Source: Aulosira sp. ZfuVER01
GTDB lineage: Bacteria > Cyanobacteriota > Cyanobacteriia > Cyanobacteriales > Nostocaceae
Assembly: GCA_034530615.2 (NCBI GenBank)
Contig: JAVRCV020000036.1
Span: 115,792 to 179,791, forward strand
Length of the DNA: 64,000 bases
Reading direction: 5' to 3'
In this document: one piece after another, positions 37,365 through 47,353 of the stretch
Position numbering within the stretch: position 1 is the first letter of the stretch
How the letters are laid out: each line of letters opens with the position of its first letter
The notes under the pieces: model-generated
Seen by the model: only the letters and a program-made list of their open reading frames with translations
The model's database searches: none
Told to the model about the DNA's origin: nothing
Made by a program: the position numbers and the translations under genes

Positions 37365-38978
37365 ATGCATAAAAATTTAATTTTATTAGCTGAGAATATC
37401 GGTTACGAACTCGGCTTAGATAGAACTTTATTTCAGGAAGTTAATATCAATATTAGTTTAGGCAATCGCATTGCTTTAGTCGGTTGTAATGGAGTAGGAA
37501 AATCAACTCTGTTGAAGATACTTGCAGGTCAAATTACTCCCAGTATTGGTTCTGTATGGTGTAAGAATAATGTCTACTACTTACCCCAAATCAGCACCAT
37601 CAGACAAGAAATCACAGCAGACTCAGTACTCGATTTTTTGAGTTCTGTTTCTGATGAATGGTGGCAGATTGAGGAAATTTTGGAAACGCAATTCCACACT
37701 ACGCTTGATTTATCTCTACCAGTTACTAACTTAAGTGGTGGGGAACTCACAAAACTATTTCTCGCAATTGGTTTATCTCAAGAACCAAACTTGCTATTAC
37801 TAGATGAACCAACAAACCACATGGATCTGTTGGCGCTAGAAAGTTTAAGGCTGTTTCTCCAAGATTTCGCTGGTGCATATATCATTGTCTCCCACAAGCC
37901 TTTTTTCTTAGATCAGGTGACAGATGTTACTTGGGAACTAACGCCTGAAGGAGTAAGGGTATACGGAGGTAATTTTTCTCACTATCGAAAAAAGAAAGAA
38001 ATAGAATTAGAAGCGTCATTGCGATCGCATGAAGTCGCCAGAAAAGAACTCAAACGTGCCCAAGCTACAGCTATGCAAGAACAGCAACGCGCCGCCCAAT
38101 CTCACCGCCAAGGCCGTGCTAAGTTTCTCAATGGCAGTATTGACAGAGCCTCCGCCGGATTGATTAAAACTAAAGCTGAGGCTTCCGCTGGCAATGCGAA
38201 AAAGAAACATGAACTTGCAGTAACAAAAGCTACGCAAAACGTTGCAGATACTAAGGTAAAAACCACTAAGGTGACAAGTATCCAGTTAGCAGAAAGAAAT
38301 CAAAAACGCAGAAATCTCATTGATATTCAAGGTGCAAATCTTTGGATGTCAGAACGCTTGCTGATTGAAAACATTCAGCTACATATTAACTCAGGCGATC
38401 GCTTGGCGATTGTCGGTGCGAATGGTTCGGGTAAATCGACTCTCGCCAAAGCAATTCTAGGAATGGTACAGCAAACAGCGGTTTTGGATTCGGGTGAAGT
38501 TTTGCTCTCATCCAGTATGAAAGCTGTATATCTCGACCAAACCTATGAACTGGTAAACCGCCAGCAGACAATTCTCGAAAATATGCAAACTGCAAATCCC
38601 AACCTCAGCTATCAACTGCTGCGTCAACAGCTAGGACACTTTCTATTTAAATACGATGACGTTCACAAAAGCGCATCAGTGTTGAGTGGCGGTGAATTGG
38701 CAAGATTAGCGATCGCGATCGTTAGCATCTGTGAAATTGACCTGTTGATTCTCGATGAGCCGACTAATAACTTAGATATTGAAACAGTTGAGCAAATGAT
38801 ATCAGGTATCAATGATTATCAGGGTGCGCTTTGGGTAATTTCCCATGATATAGATTTCTTGAGCCGTATTAACATTACTCAAGGTTTCAAGTTAAGCCAG
38901 CAAGCTTTACAAGTCACGACTTATTTACCCCGTACACCAGAGGAATATTATCGAGAATTGCTTGCTTGTTTAAATTGA
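37365..38978 (+). CDS. ABC-F family ATPase (ribosome protection/rescue type)
   Basis: Two ABC domains (GCNGVGKST, GANGSGKST, two LSGGE, DEPTNH/DEPTNN) joined by a helical linker; no TM segments; GAGGA RBS before ATG 37365. Confidence 0.9.
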   Translation: MHKNLILLAENIGYELGLDRTLFQEVNINISLGNRIALVGCNGVGKSTLLKILAGQITPSIGSVWCKNNVYYLPQISTIRQEITADSVLDFLSSVSDEWWQIEEILETQFHTTLDLSLPVTNLSGGELTKLFLAIGLSQEPNLLLLDEPTNHMDLLALESLRLFLQDFAGAYIIVSHKPFFLDQVTDVTWELTPEGVRVYGGNFSHYRKKKEIELEASLRSHEVARKELKRAQATAMQEQQRAAQSHRQGRAKFLNGSIDRASAGLIKTKAEASAGNAKKKHELAVTKATQNVADTKVKTTKVTSIQLAERNQKRRNLIDIQGANLWMSERLLIENIQLHINSGDRLAIVGANGSGKSTLAKAILGMVQQTAVLDSGEVLLSSSMKAVYLDQTYELVNRQQTILENMQTANPNLSYQLLRQQLGHFLFKYDDVHKSASVLSGGELARLAIAIVSICEIDLLILDEPTNNLDIETVEQMISGINDYQGALWVISHDIDFLSRINITQGFKLSQQALQVTTYLPRTPEEYYRELLACLN

Positions 38979-39107
38979 TCGGTGCTTGTGAATTACCTAC
39001 ACTGAACCTTGCAGTAAAGTGTAGGCTTCCCAATTTATTACAGTTGGTAAAACATTTTGTATCGCATTTGAATTGTCAAAATAATAGTTTTGAGGTGATG
39101 AAATTTC

Positions 39108-39911
39108 ATGATGAATCTGGCATTAATCAAGCTAGGAGGGTCTTTAATTACTGATAAAGATAAACCTTTTACTGCTCGACCCGAAATAATGCAACAACTA
39201 GTTGGTGAAGTGAGCCATATTGTCAATCAAAATCCCAATATAAAATTGATTATTGGTAACGGTGCTGGTTCGTTTGGGCATCAGTCAGCTAAAAAATACA
39301 ATACTATCGAAGGCATGAGTTGTGATGCTGATAAACTAGGATTTTGTTTAGTCCACCAGGATGTTCTAGATCTAAATCTACTCCTAGCAAAGATGTTTTT
39401 ACAAGCAGGTTTGCCAGTAATTAGCCTACCACCTGTAACTATGGCAGTTACTCAAGATAAAAAGCTAATCAAAATTGACTTTTCAGCTATAGAAAATAGT
39501 CTGGAAGCAGGTTTAATTCCTTTAGTATTTGGTGATGTGGTTTTTGATAAGGCGATTGGTGGCACTATCCTATCTACTGATACTTTATTAGCCGAGTTAG
39601 CCAAATATTTTTACACACAAGAAAAATTTAAAATTCGACTTATAAATGCTGGTAACTATCCAGGTGTCTATGACCAAAAAGGGCAAGTAATATCTCATAT
39701 TACTCACGCTAACTATCCTCAGATTAAAGGTTTTTTAGGTGCAAGTAAATCTGTAGATGTTACTGGCGGTATGTTCAAGAAAGTTGAAGAATTTTTATCC
39801 ATATCCAGTTTAGGAATTGATTGCTGGATAATTGATGGGAGTATACCAGGAAATTTGGCTAATGCAGTTTTGGGTAAGCCGTCTCTAGGTACACTGATTC
39901 GAGCATCATGA
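39108..39911 (+). CDS. Amino-acid-kinase-superfamily protein, isopentenyl phosphate kinase/FomA-like
   Basis: IKLGGSLITDK, GNGAGSFGH (His of the IPK/FomA subgroup), FGDVV, STDTL, DVTGGM..K. Confidence 0.8.
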   Translation: MMNLALIKLGGSLITDKDKPFTARPEIMQQLVGEVSHIVNQNPNIKLIIGNGAGSFGHQSAKKYNTIEGMSCDADKLGFCLVHQDVLDLNLLLAKMFLQAGLPVISLPPVTMAVTQDKKLIKIDFSAIENSLEAGLIPLVFGDVVFDKAIGGTILSTDTLLAELAKYFYTQEKFKIRLINAGNYPGVYDQKGQVISHITHANYPQIKGFLGASKSVDVTGGMFKKVEEFLSISSLGIDCWIIDGSIPGNLANAVLGKPSLGTLIRAS

Positions 39912-40795
39912 CCAGATATGTTTTTGGTGATGGTGTTCAATTTATAAAATTAGGTCAAAATCAGAAAATTATGCAAAAAGTGAATTGGCTAATTGAAAGA
40001 CATATTTTTGATGCCGATGAAGAATTTATAGAACAATTGAGAAGACAAGGATACTTTTTGCAAGAGACAAACTATCTCAGATTTCATCCTAGAGATGCAC
40101 AAGAGTATTTCCCAGAACATGAGTGTGTTTTATTTCGAGGCACTCTAAATTTAGGTCGAAATATTTTGCGAACCTCTTGGATTCCGGGAGCTTATATGGA
40201 TGAAAAGAATCTTCGTTGTTCTACCTACTATACTTACTTTGGTCAATATTTGCTGAATAATAAATATTTCATTCTCTCTTTAGGTGAACTAATCCGCAGG
40301 AGAAAAGAAATTATTAATTATTTTGAGTCTGATGGAAATTTATTTATCAGACCTGATAGTAATATGAAATCGTTTCGTGCAGGAGTGTTTAATCTTAATG
40401 TGTTAAACACTATGCAATCTTTAGGCAGTGAACTACAAAGAGATGAGACAACTTTAGTACTAGTAAGTGGTAAGCAAGCGATCGCTAGAGAGTGGAGATT
40501 TTTCGTTTACAAAAATCAAGCGATTACTGGTTCACTATATTTAGTGGGAGAAGAGAGAAGAGATGAAATGATCAAGGGAGGTTATTTAGAAGACTACTTG
40601 AATAATGTACTAAAAACAGTAAATTGGTATCCAGAATCTCTTTACACTGTGGATATTTGTGAATCAGAAGGTGAGCTTCACGTACTAGAACTTGGTTCAT
40701 TTAGCTGTAGTGGAGAGTATGGATGTGACTTGAGTTTGATTGTAGAAGCCGGTGCAAAAGCGGCTTTAGAAGATTACGAAGCTGTGAATGGTTAA
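39908..40795 (+). CDS. ATP-grasp domain protein (DUF4343/R2K-like); the start may be 39971
   Basis: LFIRPDSNMKSF, AREWRFFV, YTVDIC...LELGSFSCSGEY motifs. Confidence 0.72.
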   Translation: MTRYVFGDGVQFIKLGQNQKIMQKVNWLIERHIFDADEEFIEQLRRQGYFLQETNYLRFHPRDAQEYFPEHECVLFRGTLNLGRNILRTSWIPGAYMDEKNLRCSTYYTYFGQYLLNNKYFILSLGELIRRRKEIINYFESDGNLFIRPDSNMKSFRAGVFNLNVLNTMQSLGSELQRDETTLVLVSGKQAIAREWRFFVYKNQAITGSLYLVGEERRDEMIKGGYLEDYLNNVLKTVNWYPESLYTVDICESEGELHVLELGSFSCSGEYGCDLSLIVEAGAKAALEDYEAVNG

Positions 40796-40832
40796 CTTGA
40801 CTGTAATAGATGCTCCCTAAATCACTCTTAAG

Positions 40833-41603
40833 CTACTTTCCCCGTCGATGAGCATGACGTTCATAATCTTCAAAACGCAACTTAGCGATCGCATTTCGGG
40901 AAATAGTCCGCGCCACAATACCCTCGGCTCTACCACCCGCACCTGCATCTAGTGCAACATTGGTTTGTGGTAAGGTTGCTTTCAGAAACTCATGTGTTTC
41001 TGAAATAGTCATTGGTAAAGATGCTACTGTTGCAATTCGCGGTGTCAGAGCAAATCCATAATCTTTTGCAGCTTGAGTCAGTTGCTGTTCATCAAGGAAG
41101 ATTTGACCACCATTATCCCGCCACGCTGCTAGCTGCTGGACAGTTTTAGTAAACAGCACTTCAATATCGGTGAGGATTGCAACATCAAACAGTCGCCAGC
41201 CAACATTTTGTTGTGCAGTGTATTGCTTACTAGCCGATGTAATCTTACCGCCATACAGTTCGAGATATGTAACTACAATACCGCTTTGTGACTGAGGTAA
41301 TGCATCGGCAATATTTTTGAGAGCATCTACAATCCCAAGTGCAGGATTACCAATCAGATCGCCTTTTGCAAACAGCAGATCTTCTCTACTACCCAAAAGA
41401 AAATTGCCATCAGGTAGGAGAATGATCCGCGAGTTAGTACCGTCTACTTTTTCAGTCAGGATCGCCTCACCATCAAAATTAACTGTCTGCTCTAATAAAG
41501 CTCCTTTTTCCCCCAATGCATGATAAGTAGGGATACTAGGATATTTGGTCATAGAATTGAGTTTGTTTAAGTCACAACTCCGTAAGGAAAAATCATCACT
41601 CAT
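40833..41603 (-). CDS. ATP-dependent RNA ligase family (Rnl2-like adenylyltransferase domain)
   Basis: KYPSI, motif I TEKVDGTN, ELYG, LFDV, EGIV, AKLR. Confidence 0.8.
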   Translation of the reverse strand: MSDDFSLRSCDLNKLNSMTKYPSIPTYHALGEKGALLEQTVNFDGEAILTEKVDGTNSRIILLPDGNFLLGSREDLLFAKGDLIGNPALGIVDALKNIADALPQSQSGIVVTYLELYGGKITSASKQYTAQQNVGWRLFDVAILTDIEVLFTKTVQQLAAWRDNGGQIFLDEQQLTQAAKDYGFALTPRIATVASLPMTISETHEFLKATLPQTNVALDAGAGGRAEGIVARTISRNAIAKLRFEDYERHAHRRGK

Positions 41604-41666
41604 ATATTAGACTCATGTAGTAATGGTATTACATTTATAATACAAATTTTTGAGCGAGCAAATTTA

Positions 41667-41747
41667 TACCAATTTTCCAAAATTCAGCAACAGATCCTTT
41701 CCGCAAAAACCCTTTTGAAATCTGGCTTTCCTAATTTTGAATTGGTA
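41667..41747. mobile_element. MITE-like element with TACCAATT...AATTGGTA ends and TTA duplication
   Basis: TTA at 41664-41666 and 41748-41750; the second copy is the NACHT gene stop codon. Confidence 0.55.
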
Positions 41748-44700
41748 TTACTGATCTAACTCTGTCAATTTTCTCTGAGCAAACTCCCTGACTTTCTCAT
41801 CTGAATCATTATTAGCTCGCTCACGCAGCAATGCTAAAGTTTGGGGATGACGAAGATATTGCTTGGTAATTATCTCCAGTGCAACTCGCCGAGGATTGGT
41901 TTGCCAACTGTTCTGACGCTGAAAGGGATCTGTGACAGCACAGTTGGAGAATACTTTAAACATCTCAGCTTGATTTTTGAAGTTGCGTGCTAATGCTTGC
42001 ACTGCAATTTGTCGCACATTCCAATGATCGTCGATAGTGGTACGGTTTTTGAGAAAGCCAAGAATATCGGTGTCATTTTTAAAACGTGCTAATTCTTCTA
42101 TGGCGGCGCGTCGCACAATCCAATGAGCGTCGGTAGTAGCACGAATTTTGAGGAAGCAAATAATATCGGACTCATCTTTGAAGTTACGCGCCAATGCTTG
42201 CACTGCTGCACGTCGCACATAGTGATTATTGTCAGTAATAGCGCAGTTTTTCCAGAAGCTGATACTATTGGCATCATCTGGGAAATTTCGCGCTAATTCT
42301 TCCACGGCAATACGTCGCACATTCCAACTGCGATCGCCAGTGGCGCGGTCTTTAAGAAAGCTGATAATATCAGCATTATCGTGGAAATTGCGTGCTAATT
42401 CTTCCACGGCTGCACCCCGCACATCTGAATCCTCATCAACAGTGGCGCGGTATTTGAGAAAGCTTATGGTGTCAGAATTATTTTTAAATTTGCGTGCTAA
42501 TACTTTGACTGCGGCTTGGCGGACATCGCAATCTTCATCAGCAATGGCGCTATCCTTGAGAAAGCTGATGGTATCAGAATTATTTGGAAAATTGTGCGCT
42601 AATTCTTCTACAGTAGTACATCGCACGTGCCAACTCTCATCAGTAGTAGCAAGGTTTTTGAGGAAGTAGATCGTATTGACATCATCTTGAAAGTTCTGCG
42701 CTAATAATTGAATTGCAGCTTGTCGCACGCGCCAACTTTCCTCAGTAGTAGCACTGTGTTTGAGAAAGTCTATGATGTCAGAATTATCTTTAAAGATATA
42801 TGCTAATTCTTCTACGGCAGTAAGTCGCACATCTGCATTATCATCAAAAGTAGCGCGGTCTTTGAGGATGCTGAGGGTATCAGCACGATTGGGATAGTTG
42901 CGTGCTAATGCATGTATTGCGGTACGTCGCACATCTGCATCATCCACAGTAGCGTGGTCTTGGAGAATGCCGATAGTATCGCTATCATCTGGAAAGTGAT
43001 GCGCTAATTCTGCCACAGCGGTACATCGCACATTTACATCTTCATCTGCGATCGCTAAATCTTGTAGCATCCTAATAGTATTGGTGTCATCTGGGAATTG
43101 ATGCACCAATTCTTTAATAGCAGTAAGTCGCACATCCGCATCTTCATCTGCGATCGCGCAATTTTGCAGAATACCAACAATAACAGTATGATCTTTGAAG
43201 TTGTGCGCTAATTCTTCCACTGCGACACGCCGCACATCCGCATCCGCATCCACAGTCGCACGGACTTTTAAGAAGCGGATGGTGTCAACATCATCTTGAG
43301 AGTTGCGTGCTAATTCTTGCACCGCCGCAAGTCGCACATTCCAACTTTCATCAAAAGTGGCGCAGTCTTTGAGAAAACGGATGGTGTTAGCATCATCTTG
43401 AAAGTTGCGTGCTAATTCCTGCACAGCAGCACGTCGCACATACCAATTTTCATCAACAGTAGCGCAGTCTTGCAACCAAGATTTTATCTTGAGGTCATCT
43501 TTCCCAGTGGTAGCAATTGCTGCAACTGCTTGGGTGCGAATTTCCTCAACTAGTTTAATTTCTTTCTCATCAAATAAGCGATCGTAATAATACCAAATGT
43601 CATACTTAGTCAAACTTTTTAACTGTTCAAATAAATCATTAGCAGTTGAACTAATTACTGCACGATTTCTTACTTCTGCAAGACACTTAGCAGCCAAAAA
43701 TAGATTAGTAAACTTTTCCTCCTCACCCGGTTGAGAGATTAAGTATTCAATAACTATAGCCACAAATCTTGGCTCAATCATTCCCGCAATCAGCCGTAAT
43801 ACTTCATGCCAAGTTTCATCTTGCCAGTATTTGCCAAAAACGTTTTCCTTTAGTTGCTCAATTGAAAGTGTTTGTGTTTCTTTAAACTGCCAGACAAACT
43901 CCCAAGCACAAAAATATTCTAAAAATGTGCGATGCACAAAAGCGTAATAATCTGCACCCAAAAAACAGAGCATAAAGTTGCGAGTTCGCAGTTGATTAAT
44001 CAAACGCTTTGCTTTATCTCTGGCGTTACTAACTTCAATGCTTTTTAAATAGTCATTAAAAATTTTCTCTAAATTACTGGCACTAATCAAATTACCCGCT
44101 AAACCTTTTTTATTGGTTTGCATATAATAAGCGACTTGACGCAGCATCGCCTGTTTATCTTTATAATCAATCATTGTGAGCAAATGCTGTCCATTTACTA
44201 AAGCACGTTCTAAATCCCATTTATACAGCAAGACTTCTGAAGCTTTTTTATATAGTTCTGCTCTCTCTCTCGGTAATTCCTGGTTACGATTGAGAATTGC
44301 CATCATAGTCAGCAGTAGAGGATTAACTGCCAATTCAGCAATCGCTTTTGATGTATTAATCGCTTTTTGTAATCGTTCTTTTTTTCTCAGTTTATCAGCC
44401 TCATTTTTAAAAGCTAAATCATGCCAACGGTTGATAAAATCTTGAATTTGTTCATTGTTTAAATCTTGCAGCATAAAGTGACGAAATTGCGCATCGCGTA
44501 AGCGTTGTGGCTTGTAGCCAATCACACGAGAAGTCACAATTACCTGTACGTTAGGATACTCATTAGTAAAGCGATGAATAGCTGTAATTAAATCCTCACG
44601 TTTACCAAGGTTAAACACCTCATCTAAACCATCAAACATCACTAAAGCATTACCAGTTTTTAGCTGTGCTTGCAATTGATGCTGATTGAGGTGAGAAATT

Positions 44701-45785
44701 GCACCTGGACTTTGATGGAAAAATTCTAAGAAATCTTTGCAATGTCCATCATCATAATTCCTCAGATAAGTGCGTAACTCAATCAGTAATGGAATTGGTG
44801 GTAATAAAAATCCTGGTTTACCGAGTTGATCGAGAGTTTTTTCTACCCAATCTAATGCCAAGTATTGCAATAAAGTAGACTTACCAGAACCAGGATCGCC
44901 TAAAATTACTATATATTTATAGGTTTGCGGCTGATTGATAATATCCAATACCGAAATTACTGCTTTTTCTAGATATACTCGTTTGTATTGTTCTAACTCT
45001 TCTAAATTAATTTCTTCTGCTTCTACTTGATTATTTTCTTGCAGATAGCGCAGATGTTCTTTAGGTAGTTCGTAAACTTGGGGTAATACTTTGTGAACTT
45101 CCCGTACATTAGGAGTAATAAATATCTTCCATAACCTCAGTTCGTTATAAGCATAACCACTAGTATCTAAACTATCTAATTTTAAATTTACATAACGCTC
45201 ACGAATTGCTTCTTGATATTGCCGTAAATCAAAATCAGGGATAATTCCGGCTGTCTCTTGAGTATTTTGCTGAACTTTTATTAAATTATGTGTATTTAGT
45301 AATTCTCGTAAATCTGCTGAATCAGAAAGAAGCTGGTGGCATTTTCGCAGATAACGATCGGTTATCAATTGCCAATTAAATTTAGCTGGTAAATTAGGTA
45401 AATTCAGTCTCTTCCAGATACTTGCTAACTTGTAGTAGTCTAGCTCATCACAATCTGTATCAAAAGCCTGAGCCAAAATTTCCTTAACAGACTTGTCATG
45501 AATAAATTGCTTTAAGGGATGATTATATTTATTAATATCTTCATCAGCAAGCTTACAAAAATTTAACTCATCTTCTACCAGTTGTAGAAATTCTTTAAGC
45601 GCTTCAGCGACAGCTTTTTGAAGTGGTGCTTGCTGAAATATTGTGGAAATATTTTTCCAGCGGCTTTTAAAAAAGTCTTTAGCATAATCTTTGACTATCT
45701 CTTTAGCAAATTCTTCATTAAGAATAGCTTTGACAAGAAATCCCACAGCATTTTTTGCTACCAAGCTAACTATCCATTCCACCAT
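41748..45785 (-). CDS. NACHT (STAND) NTPase with C-terminal HEAT-repeat array, NLR-like
   Basis: Walker A GDPGSGKST, Walker B MFDGLDE, VTSR, NPLLL, FVHRTFLEYF; more than a dozen roughly 37-aa VR.AAV.ELA.NF repeats; the start could also be 45824. Confidence 0.88.
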   Translation of the reverse strand: MVEWIVSLVAKNAVGFLVKAILNEEFAKEIVKDYAKDFFKSRWKNISTIFQQAPLQKAVAEALKEFLQLVEDELNFCKLADEDINKYNHPLKQFIHDKSVKEILAQAFDTDCDELDYYKLASIWKRLNLPNLPAKFNWQLITDRYLRKCHQLLSDSADLRELLNTHNLIKVQQNTQETAGIIPDFDLRQYQEAIRERYVNLKLDSLDTSGYAYNELRLWKIFITPNVREVHKVLPQVYELPKEHLRYLQENNQVEAEEINLEELEQYKRVYLEKAVISVLDIINQPQTYKYIVILGDPGSGKSTLLQYLALDWVEKTLDQLGKPGFLLPPIPLLIELRTYLRNYDDGHCKDFLEFFHQSPGAISHLNQHQLQAQLKTGNALVMFDGLDEVFNLGKREDLITAIHRFTNEYPNVQVIVTSRVIGYKPQRLRDAQFRHFMLQDLNNEQIQDFINRWHDLAFKNEADKLRKKERLQKAINTSKAIAELAVNPLLLTMMAILNRNQELPRERAELYKKASEVLLYKWDLERALVNGQHLLTMIDYKDKQAMLRQVAYYMQTNKKGLAGNLISASNLEKIFNDYLKSIEVSNARDKAKRLINQLRTRNFMLCFLGADYYAFVHRTFLEYFCAWEFVWQFKETQTLSIEQLKENVFGKYWQDETWHEVLRLIAGMIEPRFVAIVIEYLISQPGEEEKFTNLFLAAKCLAEVRNRAVISSTANDLFEQLKSLTKYDIWYYYDRLFDEKEIKLVEEIRTQAVAAIATTGKDDLKIKSWLQDCATVDENWYVRRAAVQELARNFQDDANTIRFLKDCATFDESWNVRLAAVQELARNSQDDVDTIRFLKVRATVDADADVRRVAVEELAHNFKDHTVIVGILQNCAIADEDADVRLTAIKELVHQFPDDTNTIRMLQDLAIADEDVNVRCTAVAELAHHFPDDSDTIGILQDHATVDDADVRRTAIHALARNYPNRADTLSILKDRATFDDNADVRLTAVEELAYIFKDNSDIIDFLKHSATTEESWRVRQAAIQLLAQNFQDDVNTIYFLKNLATTDESWHVRCTTVEELAHNFPNNSDTISFLKDSAIADEDCDVRQAAVKVLARKFKNNSDTISFLKYRATVDEDSDVRGAAVEELARNFHDNADIISFLKDRATGDRSWNVRRIAVEELARNFPDDANSISFWKNCAITDNNHYVRRAAVQALARNFKDESDIICFLKIRATTDAHWIVRRAAIEELARFKNDTDILGFLKNRTTIDDHWNVRQIAVQALARNFKNQAEMFKVFSNCAVTDPFQRQNSWQTNPRRVALEIITKQYLRHPQTLALLRERANNDSDEKVREFAQRKLTELDQ

Positions 45786-46260
45786 AATATTCTCGCCTGC
45801 CACATCTCTTGGCACTAGCATCAAATAAATATCACATACTGAAAACTATATTGCTTGCGAATACTCTTCTTTTTATTTTCAATGATGTTTGGGTAACAAT
45901 ATAAGTTCCAGGTTTCGTGATTTTAAGTACATATTTTTCGTTTGTGATCAAACGAACCAACTTTTTAATAAAAAAATTTTGTTTCTTATAAATCACTTCA
46001 GATAAATCTCTGTCATGCTCTATCTTAGGCTATTATTATTTGATTTTAGTCTTAATTATGCGGAGGTTATATTTGTATATTATTGTCAGCGATATATCTA
46101 TAAAATAAATTGTAAATTGCGTAGATAAACACTACCATGCTTCAATAGTGATGTGCAAAAATTTAAATTAGCTTGTTTAAATCCAAATGTTGTGGTGTCA
46201 GGTATATAACTTGTTTATTACAATAAGCACAAATACACTAAAAATAATTGAAGCCGATAC

Positions 46261-46546
46261 CTTACAGCCGAACTGAACCAACCAACAATTAAACCAGCCT
46301 TTGAATCTCGCCAAACTACGACAGAGCCACAGTCAGACACAGGTAAACTCACACATAAGGCTGGCGAGATTGCGGGATTTGGCGAGATTGGCGTAATTGA
46401 AAAGCTGTCTTCAAGCTTTAACTGGACTGTCTAGAGAATTTCTGAGAGATGCGATTACAGCAGGTGACTTAAAAGCCAAGCAAATTGGTACAAGCTGGCG
46501 AGTTAAGCGTAGTGACTTGGAACAGTACGTTGATCAACTGTTTTGA
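46261..46546 (+). pseudogene. Remnant of an excisionase-type (HTH_17-like) helix-turn-helix gene
   Basis: One frame reads AELNQPTIKPAFESRQ...GVIEKL; after a frameshift it reads QALTGLSREFLRDAITAGDLKAKQIGTSWRVKRSDLEQYVDQLF*; no start codon found. Confidence 0.65.
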
Positions 46547-47353
46547 ATATCGCCAAACTGCGACAGTATAAAACTCGCCAATAGGGTAGAGCAGGTATAG
46601 CCTTTGTTATTAGTAAAGATACGTTAGAGATTTGTTTACTGGTGATTTTTGATCAATTAAAGGGTTGTATATTTTGTGTAACCTTCGACAAGAGCCGCGA
46701 CGACTATGAAAAATCTAGCTCTATTATCTAGTACAGCCCTCGCCATCACATCTGGATTAGGTTTCGGGATAATGCAATCCGCAAGTGCTTTAAGTTGGGA
46801 CTGGAATTATTATGATTCTGGTGCTGGCATAGATGCGTGTGGTACTTTTACTACTAAAGATACCCCTAACAGTTCGGGTTTTTACCAGATTACCGGAATT
46901 ACTGGTATACGAAATGGCGAAACAATTACTGGTTTGCAACTTACCGGGACTGCAATACCAGGAAATGAACCTTATATTGTTGACAATTTAATTAGTCCTT
47001 CAATTGTCAAAGGTGTTCCACAACCACAATTAACAGATAACGGTTTTGGATATTCTACTTCTGGAGGACATTACTATAATCCATTTTTTACTCTGTCTTC
47101 CCCGGCAGGTTATTACGAGGTTAGTTATACGAATCAGCAATATAGTCAACCACCTATTACTTTTTATGCAATTCCGATGCCTGGACGTTCAGATATTTTC
47201 AGAAATTCTAGTTTAAAATGTGACCTACACAAACCGCTTCATCACAAAAAAAGAGTGTCGTCTTAAGGCAGGAAAACCTACAAGGAAGCTGTTCTGAAAC
47301 TCGCCAAATAGCGACAGTGTAAAACTCGCCAGTCGGATAAAACAGATATAACC
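46538..47353 (+). repeat. 65-bp direct repeats (46538-46602 and 47289-47353) flanking one gene
   Basis: 52/65 identity on ungapped manual alignment; each copy has two TCGCCA motifs. Confidence 0.8.
46706..47266 (+). CDS. Secreted PEP-CTERM-family-like protein with a degenerate anchor
   Basis: Signal peptide (..QSASA) and Gly/Thr-rich beta domain; AIPMPGRS occurs where a VPEPS plus TM segment would be expected. Confidence 0.6.
   Translation: MKNLALLSSTALAITSGLGFGIMQSASALSWDWNYYDSGAGIDACGTFTTKDTPNSSGFYQITGITGIRNGETITGLQLTGTAIPGNEPYIVDNLISPSIVKGVPQPQLTDNGFGYSTSGGHYYNPFFTLSSPAGYYEVSYTNQQYSQPPITFYAIPMPGRSDIFRNSSLKCDLHKPLHHKKRVSS

Noticed and set aside
41760..43500. 111-bp periodic DNA repeats as an array or mobile element
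   Set aside because: They are fully explained by HEAT-repeat coding inside the NACHT ORF; the antisense ORF 42229-42669 is a shadow.
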